A stretch of DNA of 10,385 nt from Candidatus Eiseniibacteriota bacterium (GCA_031364845.1 JANLWX010000187.1:1-10385), one strand, 5' to 3'; shown: positions 1-7,073, counted from the stretch's first letter. Numbers and translations are program-made. The notes: a model not told the origin generated them from the sequence alone.

Positions 1-41
1 TTCAATCCCATCCGGCCGAGACCGACGATGCCGAGTTTCAT
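1..41 (-). CDS. gnd: 5' end (partial) of an NAD(P)-binding dehydrogenase, probably decarboxylating 6-phosphogluconate dehydrogenase
   Basis: Not in the ORF track. The reverse complement of 41..1 reads ATG AAA CTC GGC ATC GTC GGT CTC GGC CGG ATG GGA TTG = MKLGIVGLGRMGL, a Rossmann GxGxxG motif matching the GLGRMG start of Gnd/GntZ-type enzymes. An AGGAG RBS (48-52) lies 6 nt upstream. Only 13 codons are visible, so a related beta-hydroxyacid dehydrogenase cannot be excluded. Confidence 0.6.
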   Translation of the reverse strand, partial: MKLGIVGLGRMGL

Positions 42-147
42 TTCGCGCTCCTGTGGGTGCCTGCGGCGAACGAACATCATCCGCCGCGGAACTTAGCCCG
101 ACACTACTTGGAGCGCCAGCCGGGAGACGGTTACGCAACGAAGCGCA

Positions 148-177
148 ACGGCCACCCTCGCGAACGAAGGTGGCCGT
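148..177 (-). terminator. Stem-loop (terminator or 3' stabiliser) downstream of the secreted-protein gene
   Basis: Minus strand reads ACGGCCACC-U-UCG-[UUCG]-CGA-G-GGUGGCCGU: a 13-bp stem with a UUCG tetraloop. The one irregular pair is a U.G wobble only in the minus orientation. It starts 24 nt after the stop codon. The downstream U-tract is weak (UGCGCUUCGUUG). Confidence 0.7.
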
Positions 178-201
178 CGGTGAAGCCCAGGTTTGCGGCT
201 T

Positions 202-933
202 CTAGCGGTACAGACTCTTGATGCTTCCCCACGTCGCCGTGCGCGTCGGGGTGGCGAGCGGACAGCCGGGGGGGCCATTCACGGGCGTTTGCCAGGTCGT
301 GTAGCTGCGATTCGCCGGGTTCACGATGTCGGGATCGTTCTGCGCTTCCAGCGGCTGGAACAGCTGGATGTCGTTGAGCACGATGCACGCCGAGTTCGCA
401 CAGCCGGTGCACGAGCCCACGCCGGTCGTCTTCGCCCGCAGGAGACTGACCTTGTAGGCGTAGTACTCGGTGCTCGCATCGACGGGACCCTTCTGATCCA
501 CTGGAATCGCGGCCTGGATGCGCAGGCGCGCACGCGCCAGGGTTCCGAAGCCGACATCATACGCATAGCCGCCGGCACCCTGTCCCGCAAAGAAATCGAC
601 GCACATGAACGGACCGGCCGTGAAGTCGAAGCCGATCGAAATGCCCGTGGTCCCACGACACTGTCCGCTGCCGTGCTTCCACCAGTCGGGTAGGCTGGGC
701 TGATCCGTGAAGATGTCGATCTGAGATGCGAGGCCCAGATACTCGTTGACTCCCGTGGGAGGAATAAACGAGGCGACGAGGACGTTGAGGCCTGAATTCG
801 AATTGCAGGCGAACGTCGAATTCTGGGTCCCGTTCACTCCACAGTCGGTCCAGGAGAGGTTGATTCCGGCGGCGGACGCGATCGACGCCGTCAACATCAG
901 CGCGGCCGCGAGGGTTGCAATGCGTGTCTTCAC
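202..933 (-). CDS. Secreted Cys-rich hypothetical protein (243 aa) with C-terminal TWGSIKSLYR motif
   Basis: Start reassigned from 1158 to GTG at 933, which has a GGAGGT RBS (941-946) 7 nt upstream. It is followed by a Sec signal peptide MKTRIATLAAALMLTASIASA|AG. The mature part is beta-rich with 8 Cys and ends GCPLATPTRTATWGSIKSLYR*. Third codon positions are strongly GC-biased. Confidence 0.9.
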   Translation of the reverse strand: MKTRIATLAAALMLTASIASAAGINLSWTDCGVNGTQNSTFACNSNSGLNVLVASFIPPTGVNEYLGLASQIDIFTDQPSLPDWWKHGSGQCRGTTGISIGFDFTAGPFMCVDFFAGQGAGGYAYDVGFGTLARARLRIQAAIPVDQKGPVDASTEYYAYKVSLLRAKTTGVGSCTGCANSACIVLNDIQLFQPLEAQNDPDIVNPANRSYTTWQTPVNGPPGCPLATPTRTATWGSIKSLYR

Positions 934-993
934 TGGGGGGACCTCCGGATTGAAAAGCGGGGGGAACTGAACACAAGGCGCGGCACGCGCGAA

Positions 994-1002
994 ATAGTAG
1001 CA
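994..1002 (-). promoter_or_regulatory. Candidate extended -10 (TGnTAnnAT) sigma70-type promoter for the secreted protein
   Basis: Minus strand TG-C-TACTAT, about 60 nt upstream of the GTG start, in a locally AT-richer patch. There is no good -35 element at 17 bp. Confidence 0.45.
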
Positions 1003-1135
1003 CGGGCTTTTGCGAACGGACCCGCGCAATCGTTGACCGCACGCGTAATTCCCGGGTTGATGCGCGGGATGGCGGTCCGACGGACCTCGAGATCGGCCAA
1101 GGGCTCGGAATTTCTGCCCGACGTTTTGCGTCACC

Positions 1136-1156
1136 AAACAGCGGGGCCTGACCCGC
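1136..1156 (-). terminator. Weak hairpin after the hybrid kinase gene
   Basis: Minus strand GCGGG-UCAGGC-CCCGC followed by UGUUU, about 28 nt after the TAA stop. The stem is only 5 bp. Confidence 0.3.
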
Positions 1157-1183
1157 AATGATCCGCGGATCGATTCGGACGTC

Positions 1184-4100
1184 TTACGCGACCCGGCGGC
1201 CGCCGCGGAATCCGATCGTGAGCAGATGGTCCTCGATTTTGCGCGACTCGCGGCGCGCAGCGTCCATCAACTCGTTCAGCCCATCGGTGCGATCCTCGTG
1301 CGCGAGCCGCTCGATCTCCATGAACACCGCGGCACATCCGATCGCGCCGATGGTCGCCGCCATCCCGCGCAGCCCGTGCGCTTCGTGTTCGAGCTTGCGC
1401 GAAGCGTGATTCAGGATCGCAAGGTCCATGCGATCGAGCCGCGGGTTGAGATCGTTCATGAAGGTGTTGAGCAGCGCTTCGCGAAGCGCGGGAATTCCCA
1501 TGCTGGCGTCGTCGAGCCGTTTGACGTCGAGGACGCTCGGGTCGTTGCCGAGTGCGCCGAACACGCCGCGATCGGGAGCCTTCTCGAGAATGAAGCCCTC
1601 GCTCTCCCCGCTCCCGGCGGCCGGCTCGGCCGAGACGGGCGCAATCGCACTGCGCGACGGCGTGATCTCGATGTCCGAATCGGAAACCAGTTCGATGCCC
1701 GGATCTCCGGTTCCGTCGGAACCGGCCTGGACGGGCTGCTGTTCGCCTTTGACCAGCGACAGACGAGGTGGATTCTGCGGCCGCGAGGGCATCGCGAATT
1801 CATCCTCGGCGGCCAGCGACAGCGGACGGTCGGTTTCGTCGTCGCCCGCATCGAGCGTCGGCGCCAGCATCGGAACCCGGCGCACTCCGGATACCGGCTG
1901 CGGAACATGCGTCGGCTCGGGAGGCGGCACGATCATGGATGCGATCGAAGCTTTCACCTCGGCGGAGTCGTCCACGACCACGGCTGGCGCATCCTCGGCT
2001 GCCGGCGCCCCATCTCCCGCGCCGGTCGTCGCCGTGGAGCGGCGATCGTGGGCGGTCCAGCGCTCGACGACTTCGCACAGCTCCGCGAGATCCAGCGGCT
2101 TCGAAAGATAGTCGTCCATTCCGGCGGCCAGACAGCGCGCGCGATCGCCGGGCATGATCTTGCCCGTAACCGCGATCACCGGCGTGCGGTGTCCGCTCTG
2201 CTGCTCGCGGGCGCGGATCGACTGCACGACTTTGTAGCCGTCCACGTCGGGCAACGCGATGTCGAGCAGGATCAGGTCGGGACGCTGCAGATCGAACAAC
2301 TCGAATGCGCGGGACGCGGTGCCGGCGCGTTCGGTCGTGTACCCGTGACGGCGCAGCGTCCAGTCGGTCACCAGCTGGTTCACCGGATCATCGTCGACCA
2401 GCAGGATGCGCACCCGGTTGCGGCGCGATTCGGCGATCGAGTGGCGGGTGACGAGCGAGGCCTGGGTCCCGGCCGGGACTTGCACCACTTCAGTGAGCGC
2501 ATCGTAGAGCTCGGTCCACTCGATCGGCTTGATGAGGTACGCCGAGAAACCGAGGCCCTGCACGCGCGCCGCATCACCGCGCCGTCCGACGCTCGTGAGC
2601 AGCATGGTGCGTGTGTCCTTGAGCTCGGGGATCTGGTTCATCCGGCCGCCGAGCTGCTCGCCGTTCGTCCCCGGCAGTTCCATGTCGATGATCGCGACCT
2701 GGTAGGGGTCCTTGTCGGCGTGCGCGCAGCTCATGCGCTCCAGCGCTTCATCGGCGTTCGAGGCTTCGTCGGCGCGGCTGCCCCAGGCGCCCAGCATCTC
2801 GACCACCGCATGGCGCGCGGCGCGCGATCCGTCGACGACCATCACGCGCAACCCGCGCAGGCGCACGGTCGGCGTCTCGGACATCGAGGTGACTTCGGGC
2901 TGCTTCACGATCTTCATGCGGAACCACGGCGTCGTGCCGGTGGCGGAGTCGCTGTCGACGCCGATCTCGCCGTGCAACAGCGTCACGAGCTGGCGCGCGA
3001 CCGCGAGGCCGAGGCCGTCGGCACCGTGCTTGCGCGCGATCGCGGCATCGCTGCGCACGAACGCCTCGAACATGTTGAGCATGTGGTCATCGGAAGCGCC
3101 GGCGCCGCTTCCGTTGACCCGGAACACGAGCGACACCTGTTCCTCGTTCTCATCGATGCGATCGATCGTCAGCTTCACGTCGCCGCCGTCGGTGCAGCGC
3201 ATCGCCGTGCGCATCACGTTCAGCAGAATCTGCCGCAGGCGTCCGGCGTCGCCGCGCAGGCGCGAAGGGACTTCGTGATGCACCTGGCAGCTGAACGCGA
3301 GGTTGCGTTCGCGCGCGATCGGCATCAGCACGGCATGCACTTCGTTGACGGTCACGCGCAGATCGAAGTCGACTTCCTCGATCTCGAGCTTGCCGGCTTC
3401 GAGCCGCGAGAAGTCGAGCGAGTTGTTGATGAGCGCGAGCAGCGCGTGCGCCGAATGCCGGATGATCTCGACCCAGCTGCGCTGCTGCGCATCGAGCCCG
3501 GTGTCGAGCAGCAGATGGGACATGCCGATCACGCCGTTCATCGGCGTGCGGATCTCGTGGCTCAGCGTCGACAGGAATTCGGTCCACTCGGTGCCGCGGG
3601 CCTGGGCGGATTCGAGCAGGCGCTCGAGCGCCGCAATGCGATGTTCGAGCTCCGGGACGTTCGCATCGCCGCCGCCGGGCGTCGTCTCCGCGCGCAGGCG
3701 CGCGATCTCGGGCTGCAGTGCCTCGATCTCCGAACGCGCGATGTCCCGCTCGGCCTGCGCGGCAATCGCGCGGGAGTGGGCGAGTTTCGTTTCGGCGTGC
3801 GCGGCCTCGGCGTCGCGCACCGCCCGGGCGAGATCCTCCTCGAGGGCGGTGATGCGCTGCTCCACCTTGCTCTTCTTGAGCCCGGCGAGCTCCCGCGCGG
3901 TTGCTTCGAGCTGATCGCGCAACTCCTCGGCGATCGCGTTGGCGGCCGCCTCGTTCACCGCGCTCGTCTCGGCGCGCATGTCGGCGGCGGTGCGCTCTTT
4001 GAGCGCCGCGTCGCGCGCCTGCATCATCTCGGTGCGCGACTGGCTTTCGTCGGCGCGCGCCGCCGCGGCGGCGGCCAGCAGTTGTGAGGCCGCCAGACGC

Positions 4101-4927
4101 TCGTCCTGCGCCTTCTGCTTTACCGTTTCGACTTCGGCCTTCGCCTGGTGCACCTGCTGTTCGGTCGCTTCGATCTCTGACTGCGCCGCTGCGATGCGCG
4201 CGCGACTCTCATCCAGCTCGCGGCGCAGCGGCTCGATCGAATCCGCCGCTTCGCGCGCCTGCGCTCGCGACTGCTCGAGTGCAGCCGTCAGATCCGAAAT
4301 GCGTGTCTCGAGCTCGAACACCCGGACATTCGCCTCGGCAACCGCCTGGGCGCGTATCTCGGACATTGCCCGCTCATCGATGCGATGCTCACGTTGCCCC
4401 AACCCATCCTCACCCGAAGCGACCGGCGCGCCTGTTGCCATCATCCCGCTCGCGCCAGACATTGAGGGGACGCCCTTGCCGTATGCCGGGTGGACTAGAC
4501 CCGGAGCCGGACCAGACGCGCCGTGCGCTTCGCGCATCACACCCACGAACACGCGGTCGCCGTCGACGCGCTCGATCAGCCGCACGCGGGCCACCACGTT
4601 CATCTCGGATCCATCCTCGCGCACGAGCGTGACGCAACATTCGCGTGGCGCGGAATCATTGCTGCGTCTCATGCGCGCGAAGTCGCGCATCAGGCGGAAA
4701 CGCTCGTGCGGAGCGATGATCTCGGTGCAGAAGTGGTCGAGCATGTCGCCGGGTTTCTGCGCGGCGAACGACTCGATCGCAGGACTCAGCCAGTTCCACC
4801 GCCCATCGAGGTCACAGCAGAAGATCGCGTCGGGTGACGCGTCGAGCAGCTCTCGCAGGCCGATCGGTGTCGGCGCGAACGTGGACTTGCTGCGGGCCTT
4901 GCTGGACTTCGACGAACGTCCGCTCAT
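1184..4927 (-). CDS. Cytoplasmic hybrid sensor histidine kinase-like protein, 1247 aa (PAS, coiled coil, HisKA, degenerate HATPase, REC, REC, Hpt)
   Basis: Start at ATG 4927 with GAGG 5 nt upstream; the longer 4993 start overlaps a promoter motif. PAS: LRELLDASPDAIFCCDLDGRW...FVGVMRE. H-box: FLSTLSHEIRTPMNGVIGM (His codon 3557-3559). HATPase: RLRQILLN...GLGLAVARQLV..LHGEIGVDS. REC1: VMVVDGS..IIDMELP..LLTS..YLIKP. REC2: LLVDDD..ILLDIALPDVDG..IAVTG..DDYLSKP. Hpt: EAHGLRGMAATIGA (His codon 1376-1378). No transmembrane segment. Confidence 0.95.
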   Translation of the reverse strand: MSGRSSKSSKARSKSTFAPTPIGLRELLDASPDAIFCCDLDGRWNWLSPAIESFAAQKPGDMLDHFCTEIIAPHERFRLMRDFARMRRSNDSAPRECCVTLVREDGSEMNVVARVRLIERVDGDRVFVGVMREAHGASGPAPGLVHPAYGKGVPSMSGASGMMATGAPVASGEDGLGQREHRIDERAMSEIRAQAVAEANVRVFELETRISDLTAALEQSRAQAREAADSIEPLRRELDESRARIAAAQSEIEATEQQVHQAKAEVETVKQKAQDERLAASQLLAAAAAARADESQSRTEMMQARDAALKERTAADMRAETSAVNEAAANAIAEELRDQLEATARELAGLKKSKVEQRITALEEDLARAVRDAEAAHAETKLAHSRAIAAQAERDIARSEIEALQPEIARLRAETTPGGGDANVPELEHRIAALERLLESAQARGTEWTEFLSTLSHEIRTPMNGVIGMSHLLLDTGLDAQQRSWVEIIRHSAHALLALINNSLDFSRLEAGKLEIEEVDFDLRVTVNEVHAVLMPIARERNLAFSCQVHHEVPSRLRGDAGRLRQILLNVMRTAMRCTDGGDVKLTIDRIDENEEQVSLVFRVNGSGAGASDDHMLNMFEAFVRSDAAIARKHGADGLGLAVARQLVTLLHGEIGVDSDSATGTTPWFRMKIVKQPEVTSMSETPTVRLRGLRVMVVDGSRAARHAVVEMLGAWGSRADEASNADEALERMSCAHADKDPYQVAIIDMELPGTNGEQLGGRMNQIPELKDTRTMLLTSVGRRGDAARVQGLGFSAYLIKPIEWTELYDALTEVVQVPAGTQASLVTRHSIAESRRNRVRILLVDDDPVNQLVTDWTLRRHGYTTERAGTASRAFELFDLQRPDLILLDIALPDVDGYKVVQSIRAREQQSGHRTPVIAVTGKIMPGDRARCLAAGMDDYLSKPLDLAELCEVVERWTAHDRRSTATTGAGDGAPAAEDAPAVVVDDSAEVKASIASMIVPPPEPTHVPQPVSGVRRVPMLAPTLDAGDDETDRPLSLAAEDEFAMPSRPQNPPRLSLVKGEQQPVQAGSDGTGDPGIELVSDSDIEITPSRSAIAPVSAEPAAGSGESEGFILEKAPDRGVFGALGNDPSVLDVKRLDDASMGIPALREALLNTFMNDLNPRLDRMDLAILNHASRKLEHEAHGLRGMAATIGAIGCAAVFMEIERLAHEDRTDGLNELMDAARRESRKIEDHLLTIGFRGGRRVA

Positions 4928-4983
4928 GGAAACCTCGCCAGGGACAATCGAGCATGCCGGCGCGGTGGCGCCATCTCGGGGTG

Positions 4984-5012
4984 CTATCGGCATTTGCCGC
5001 CCCCGGCTTGAG
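4984..5012 (-). promoter_or_regulatory. sigma28 (FliA/WhiG)-like promoter for the hybrid kinase gene
   Basis: Minus strand CTCAAG-N15-GCCGATAG, against the sigma28 consensus of TAAA/TCAAG at -35 and GCCGATAA at -10. It is intergenic, correctly oriented and 56 nt upstream of ATG 4927. Confidence 0.7.
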
Positions 5013-5065
5013 CACGGTAGCGGGCCGCGACGGCCGGCGGCGCCATCGGGGCGAAAGGCCCACCG

Positions 5066-6721
5066 TCATGGGCTCCGAGTGGGACCGGACCGCGCGCTGC
5101 GCCGCGTGAGCGCCGGCGGAAGCATGGCGCGCACCAGGTCGGCATCCGCCCGGCCCACGGCTCCCATCAGCACCAGCGTCACGACATAGACGAATACTCC
5201 CACGCATCCGCTGATCACCATCCCCGAAGCGCCTCCGGGCGAGACCGGAGCGAGTGCCGCCATCGCGAGCGCGGCGGCGATGCCGGCCGCAAGCGGCGCC
5301 CGGATCGCGCGCGCCAGTCCGGTCCCGGGCACCGTACGGCGGAACGTCGCGAACATCAGCGCGAAGCACACCAGTTCGCTCGCGACCGTGGCGGCGGCGG
5401 CGCCCAGAATCGACCAGCGCGGGATCAGGATCAGGTTGAGCGCGACGTTGAACGCCGCCGTGATCGCGACCGCGCGCGCGGTGTGGATCTGGCGGCGCTG
5501 GGCGGCGAGCAGGTGAAGCAGTGTATCGAGCATGAACGCCGCGGGCAGCGCCCACATGAGGATCGCGAGCGCGGGCGCGGCGTCCGCGTACGCGGGACCC
5601 AGCAGCACCTCGACGATGCGCCGCGATTCGACCGTGACCAGCACCGCGACGCCGACGGTGAAGATGAGCTGAACGCGGAACGACTTCCGGCACAGGACTC
5701 CGAGGGCTTCGGGCGGGCCGTCGGCGGAGCGCGCCATGATCGGAAACAGCACCGAGCGGTAAGCCGCGGACACCAGCACCAGCGCTTCGAAGAAGCGATA
5801 GACGCTGCCGTAGAGGCCGACCGCCGCCGGACCCTCAAGGACGTTCAACAACACCGAGTCCATGCGAAAGTAGATGGCGATGAACACGCCCGACAGCGCG
5901 AGCGGTGCTGATTCGCGCATCAATGCGAACGGCGAAGTGACCCACTCCGAGAAGGGTGCGGCAGCGTGTGAGCGCGGCGCACCGGTGGCCGTCGCGACGG
6001 TCGCCGCGAGTGCCACATCATCGCTCGCCTCGACCACGAGTGCCGCCGCGACCGCGTCGTCGCGCGACCCCTCGGTCTCGGGCAGCACCGCACGGGGCGC
6101 GGCCGCACCCGGATGCCACAGCGGCCACGACCACGCGAGTGCCGTCGCCAGATGCATGATCGAGCCCGCGAGATACGCGAGTGCCCCCGTCATCACCCCG
6201 GCGCCGAGTCCCAGCATGAGCACGCCGGCCGCAAGGGCCGTCATCCCCTGCGCGACGATCGAGAGCCCCGCCACGCCCGCGCGCCCCGATGCCTTGAGCA
6301 GACACTCGAACATCACGGCCGCCGAGTTGATCAGCATGCCCATCGTGAACACGCCGATCAGTCCGAGTGTGGCGAGCGGGGCACCCGTCAGGGCGGCGAT
6401 CCCGGGAGCGACGATCAACGTCGCCGAGGCGAGCGCGAGCTTGGCGAGCAGCGCGGTGCGCAGCAACGCGGGCACCGCATGCGGCGCACGCGCCGCCTCG
6501 CGCGCGAACACCGTGCACACGCCGAGGTCAGCGATCACGCTGAACAGCAACGTGAAGGACAGTCCGAACATGTGACGTCCGAACTGCTCGACTCCAAGCC
6601 CGCGCGCGAGGACCAGATAGAGCGCGAAGTCGAGCGCCTTACCCGCGAACAGTCCGGTCAAAAGCCGCGCGGTTCCCCGCGCGACGGTGTGCGACGTGCT
6701 CGACGCGCCGTCCCCGCTCAC
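5066..6721 (-). CDS. Wzx-like oligosaccharide flippase (polysaccharide biosynthesis protein, MOP superfamily), 551 aa
   Basis: Highly hydrophobic with many predicted TM helices. Family-typical motifs: LARGLGVEQFG..FSVIADLG, PLALSGVFIAIYFRMDSVLL..AVGLYG..YR, LLGPAYADAAPALAIL and NVALNLILIPRWSILGAAAATVASE. The GTG start overlaps the upstream TGA (GTGA, 6718-6721). Confidence 0.92.
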   Translation of the reverse strand: MSGDGASSTSHTVARGTARLLTGLFAGKALDFALYLVLARGLGVEQFGRHMFGLSFTLLFSVIADLGVCTVFAREAARAPHAVPALLRTALLAKLALASATLIVAPGIAALTGAPLATLGLIGVFTMGMLINSAAVMFECLLKASGRAGVAGLSIVAQGMTALAAGVLMLGLGAGVMTGALAYLAGSIMHLATALAWSWPLWHPGAAAPRAVLPETEGSRDDAVAAALVVEASDDVALAATVATATGAPRSHAAAPFSEWVTSPFALMRESAPLALSGVFIAIYFRMDSVLLNVLEGPAAVGLYGSVYRFFEALVLVSAAYRSVLFPIMARSADGPPEALGVLCRKSFRVQLIFTVGVAVLVTVESRRIVEVLLGPAYADAAPALAILMWALPAAFMLDTLLHLLAAQRRQIHTARAVAITAAFNVALNLILIPRWSILGAAAATVASELVCFALMFATFRRTVPGTGLARAIRAPLAAGIAAALAMAALAPVSPGGASGMVISGCVGVFVYVVTLVLMGAVGRADADLVRAMLPPALTRRSARSGPTRSP

Positions 6722-6987
6722 GCGACGGGCTGGGGCGTGACGGCTTCGGTGGCGTGCGGAGTCTTCGCGGTGCCGGAGGCTTCGGGAACCGCGGGGTGTC
6801 TTGCGGGCGCAGGCGACGATGGCCCCGTCGCCTGCGGCGTCACGTCGGGAACCGCGCGCGTATTACCCGGAGGTTCGGGCGGCGAATCGATCGGAGGCTG
6901 GACGACCGCGATGGACGCCGGATGAAAGTGAGCCAGGCCGCGGCGCAGCATTCCCGTCGGGAAACTCTTCAAAGTATTGCGGGGCAT
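6718..6987 (-). CDS. Small Pro/Ala/Thr-rich hypothetical protein (89 aa), translationally coupled to the flippase
   Basis: ATG 6987 (MPRNTLKSFPTGMLRRGLAHFHP...QPVA*) has a weak GAGAG RBS and lies ~50 nt downstream of a sigma54 motif. Its TGA overlaps the flippase GTG. Codon bias is weaker than in neighbouring genes and I recognise no domain. Confidence 0.45.
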   Translation of the reverse strand: MPRNTLKSFPTGMLRRGLAHFHPASIAVVQPPIDSPPEPPGNTRAVPDVTPQATGPSSPAPARHPAVPEASGTAKTPHATEAVTPQPVA

Positions 6988-7038
6988 GAGGGTGCTCTCG
7001 AAGGATGCAGGGAGATGGAACCGGGACACGCGAGGGAC

Positions 7039-7055
7039 TGCAATGCCTGTGCCGG
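7039..7055 (-). promoter_or_regulatory. sigma54 (RpoN) -24/-12 promoter for the small ORF and flippase
   Basis: Minus strand CCGGCACAGGCATTGCA against the consensus YTGGCACGnnnnTTGCW. It has exact GG-N10-GC spacing with GGCAC and TTGCA intact, and is intergenic and correctly oriented. Confidence 0.7.
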
Positions 7056-7073
7056 ACAGCCGTGCCCGCCTGA

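Noticed and set aside
385..415. CxxC (SCTGCANSAC) as a haem c or Fe-S motif in the secreted protein
   Set aside because: There is no His after CxxC, and the protein is Sec-exported with an even Cys count, so disulfides are the simpler explanation.
934..1158. 75-aa N-terminal extension of the secreted protein in the ORF track
   Set aside because: The signal peptide and GGAGGT RBS place the start at GTG 933. The extension runs through the candidate promoter.
1226..4087. 953-aa plus-strand ORF, and similar ORFs at 3939-5189, 6863-8107, 8340-9080 and 8994-10109
   Set aside because: These are antisense shadows of real genes. High GC3 bias removes stop codons on the opposite strand, and the translations have no domain motifs.
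4928..4993. Longer start (MPIAPRDG...) for the hybrid kinase
   Set aside because: ATG 4993 overlaps the sigma28-like -10 element and has no RBS, whereas ATG 4927 has GAGG.
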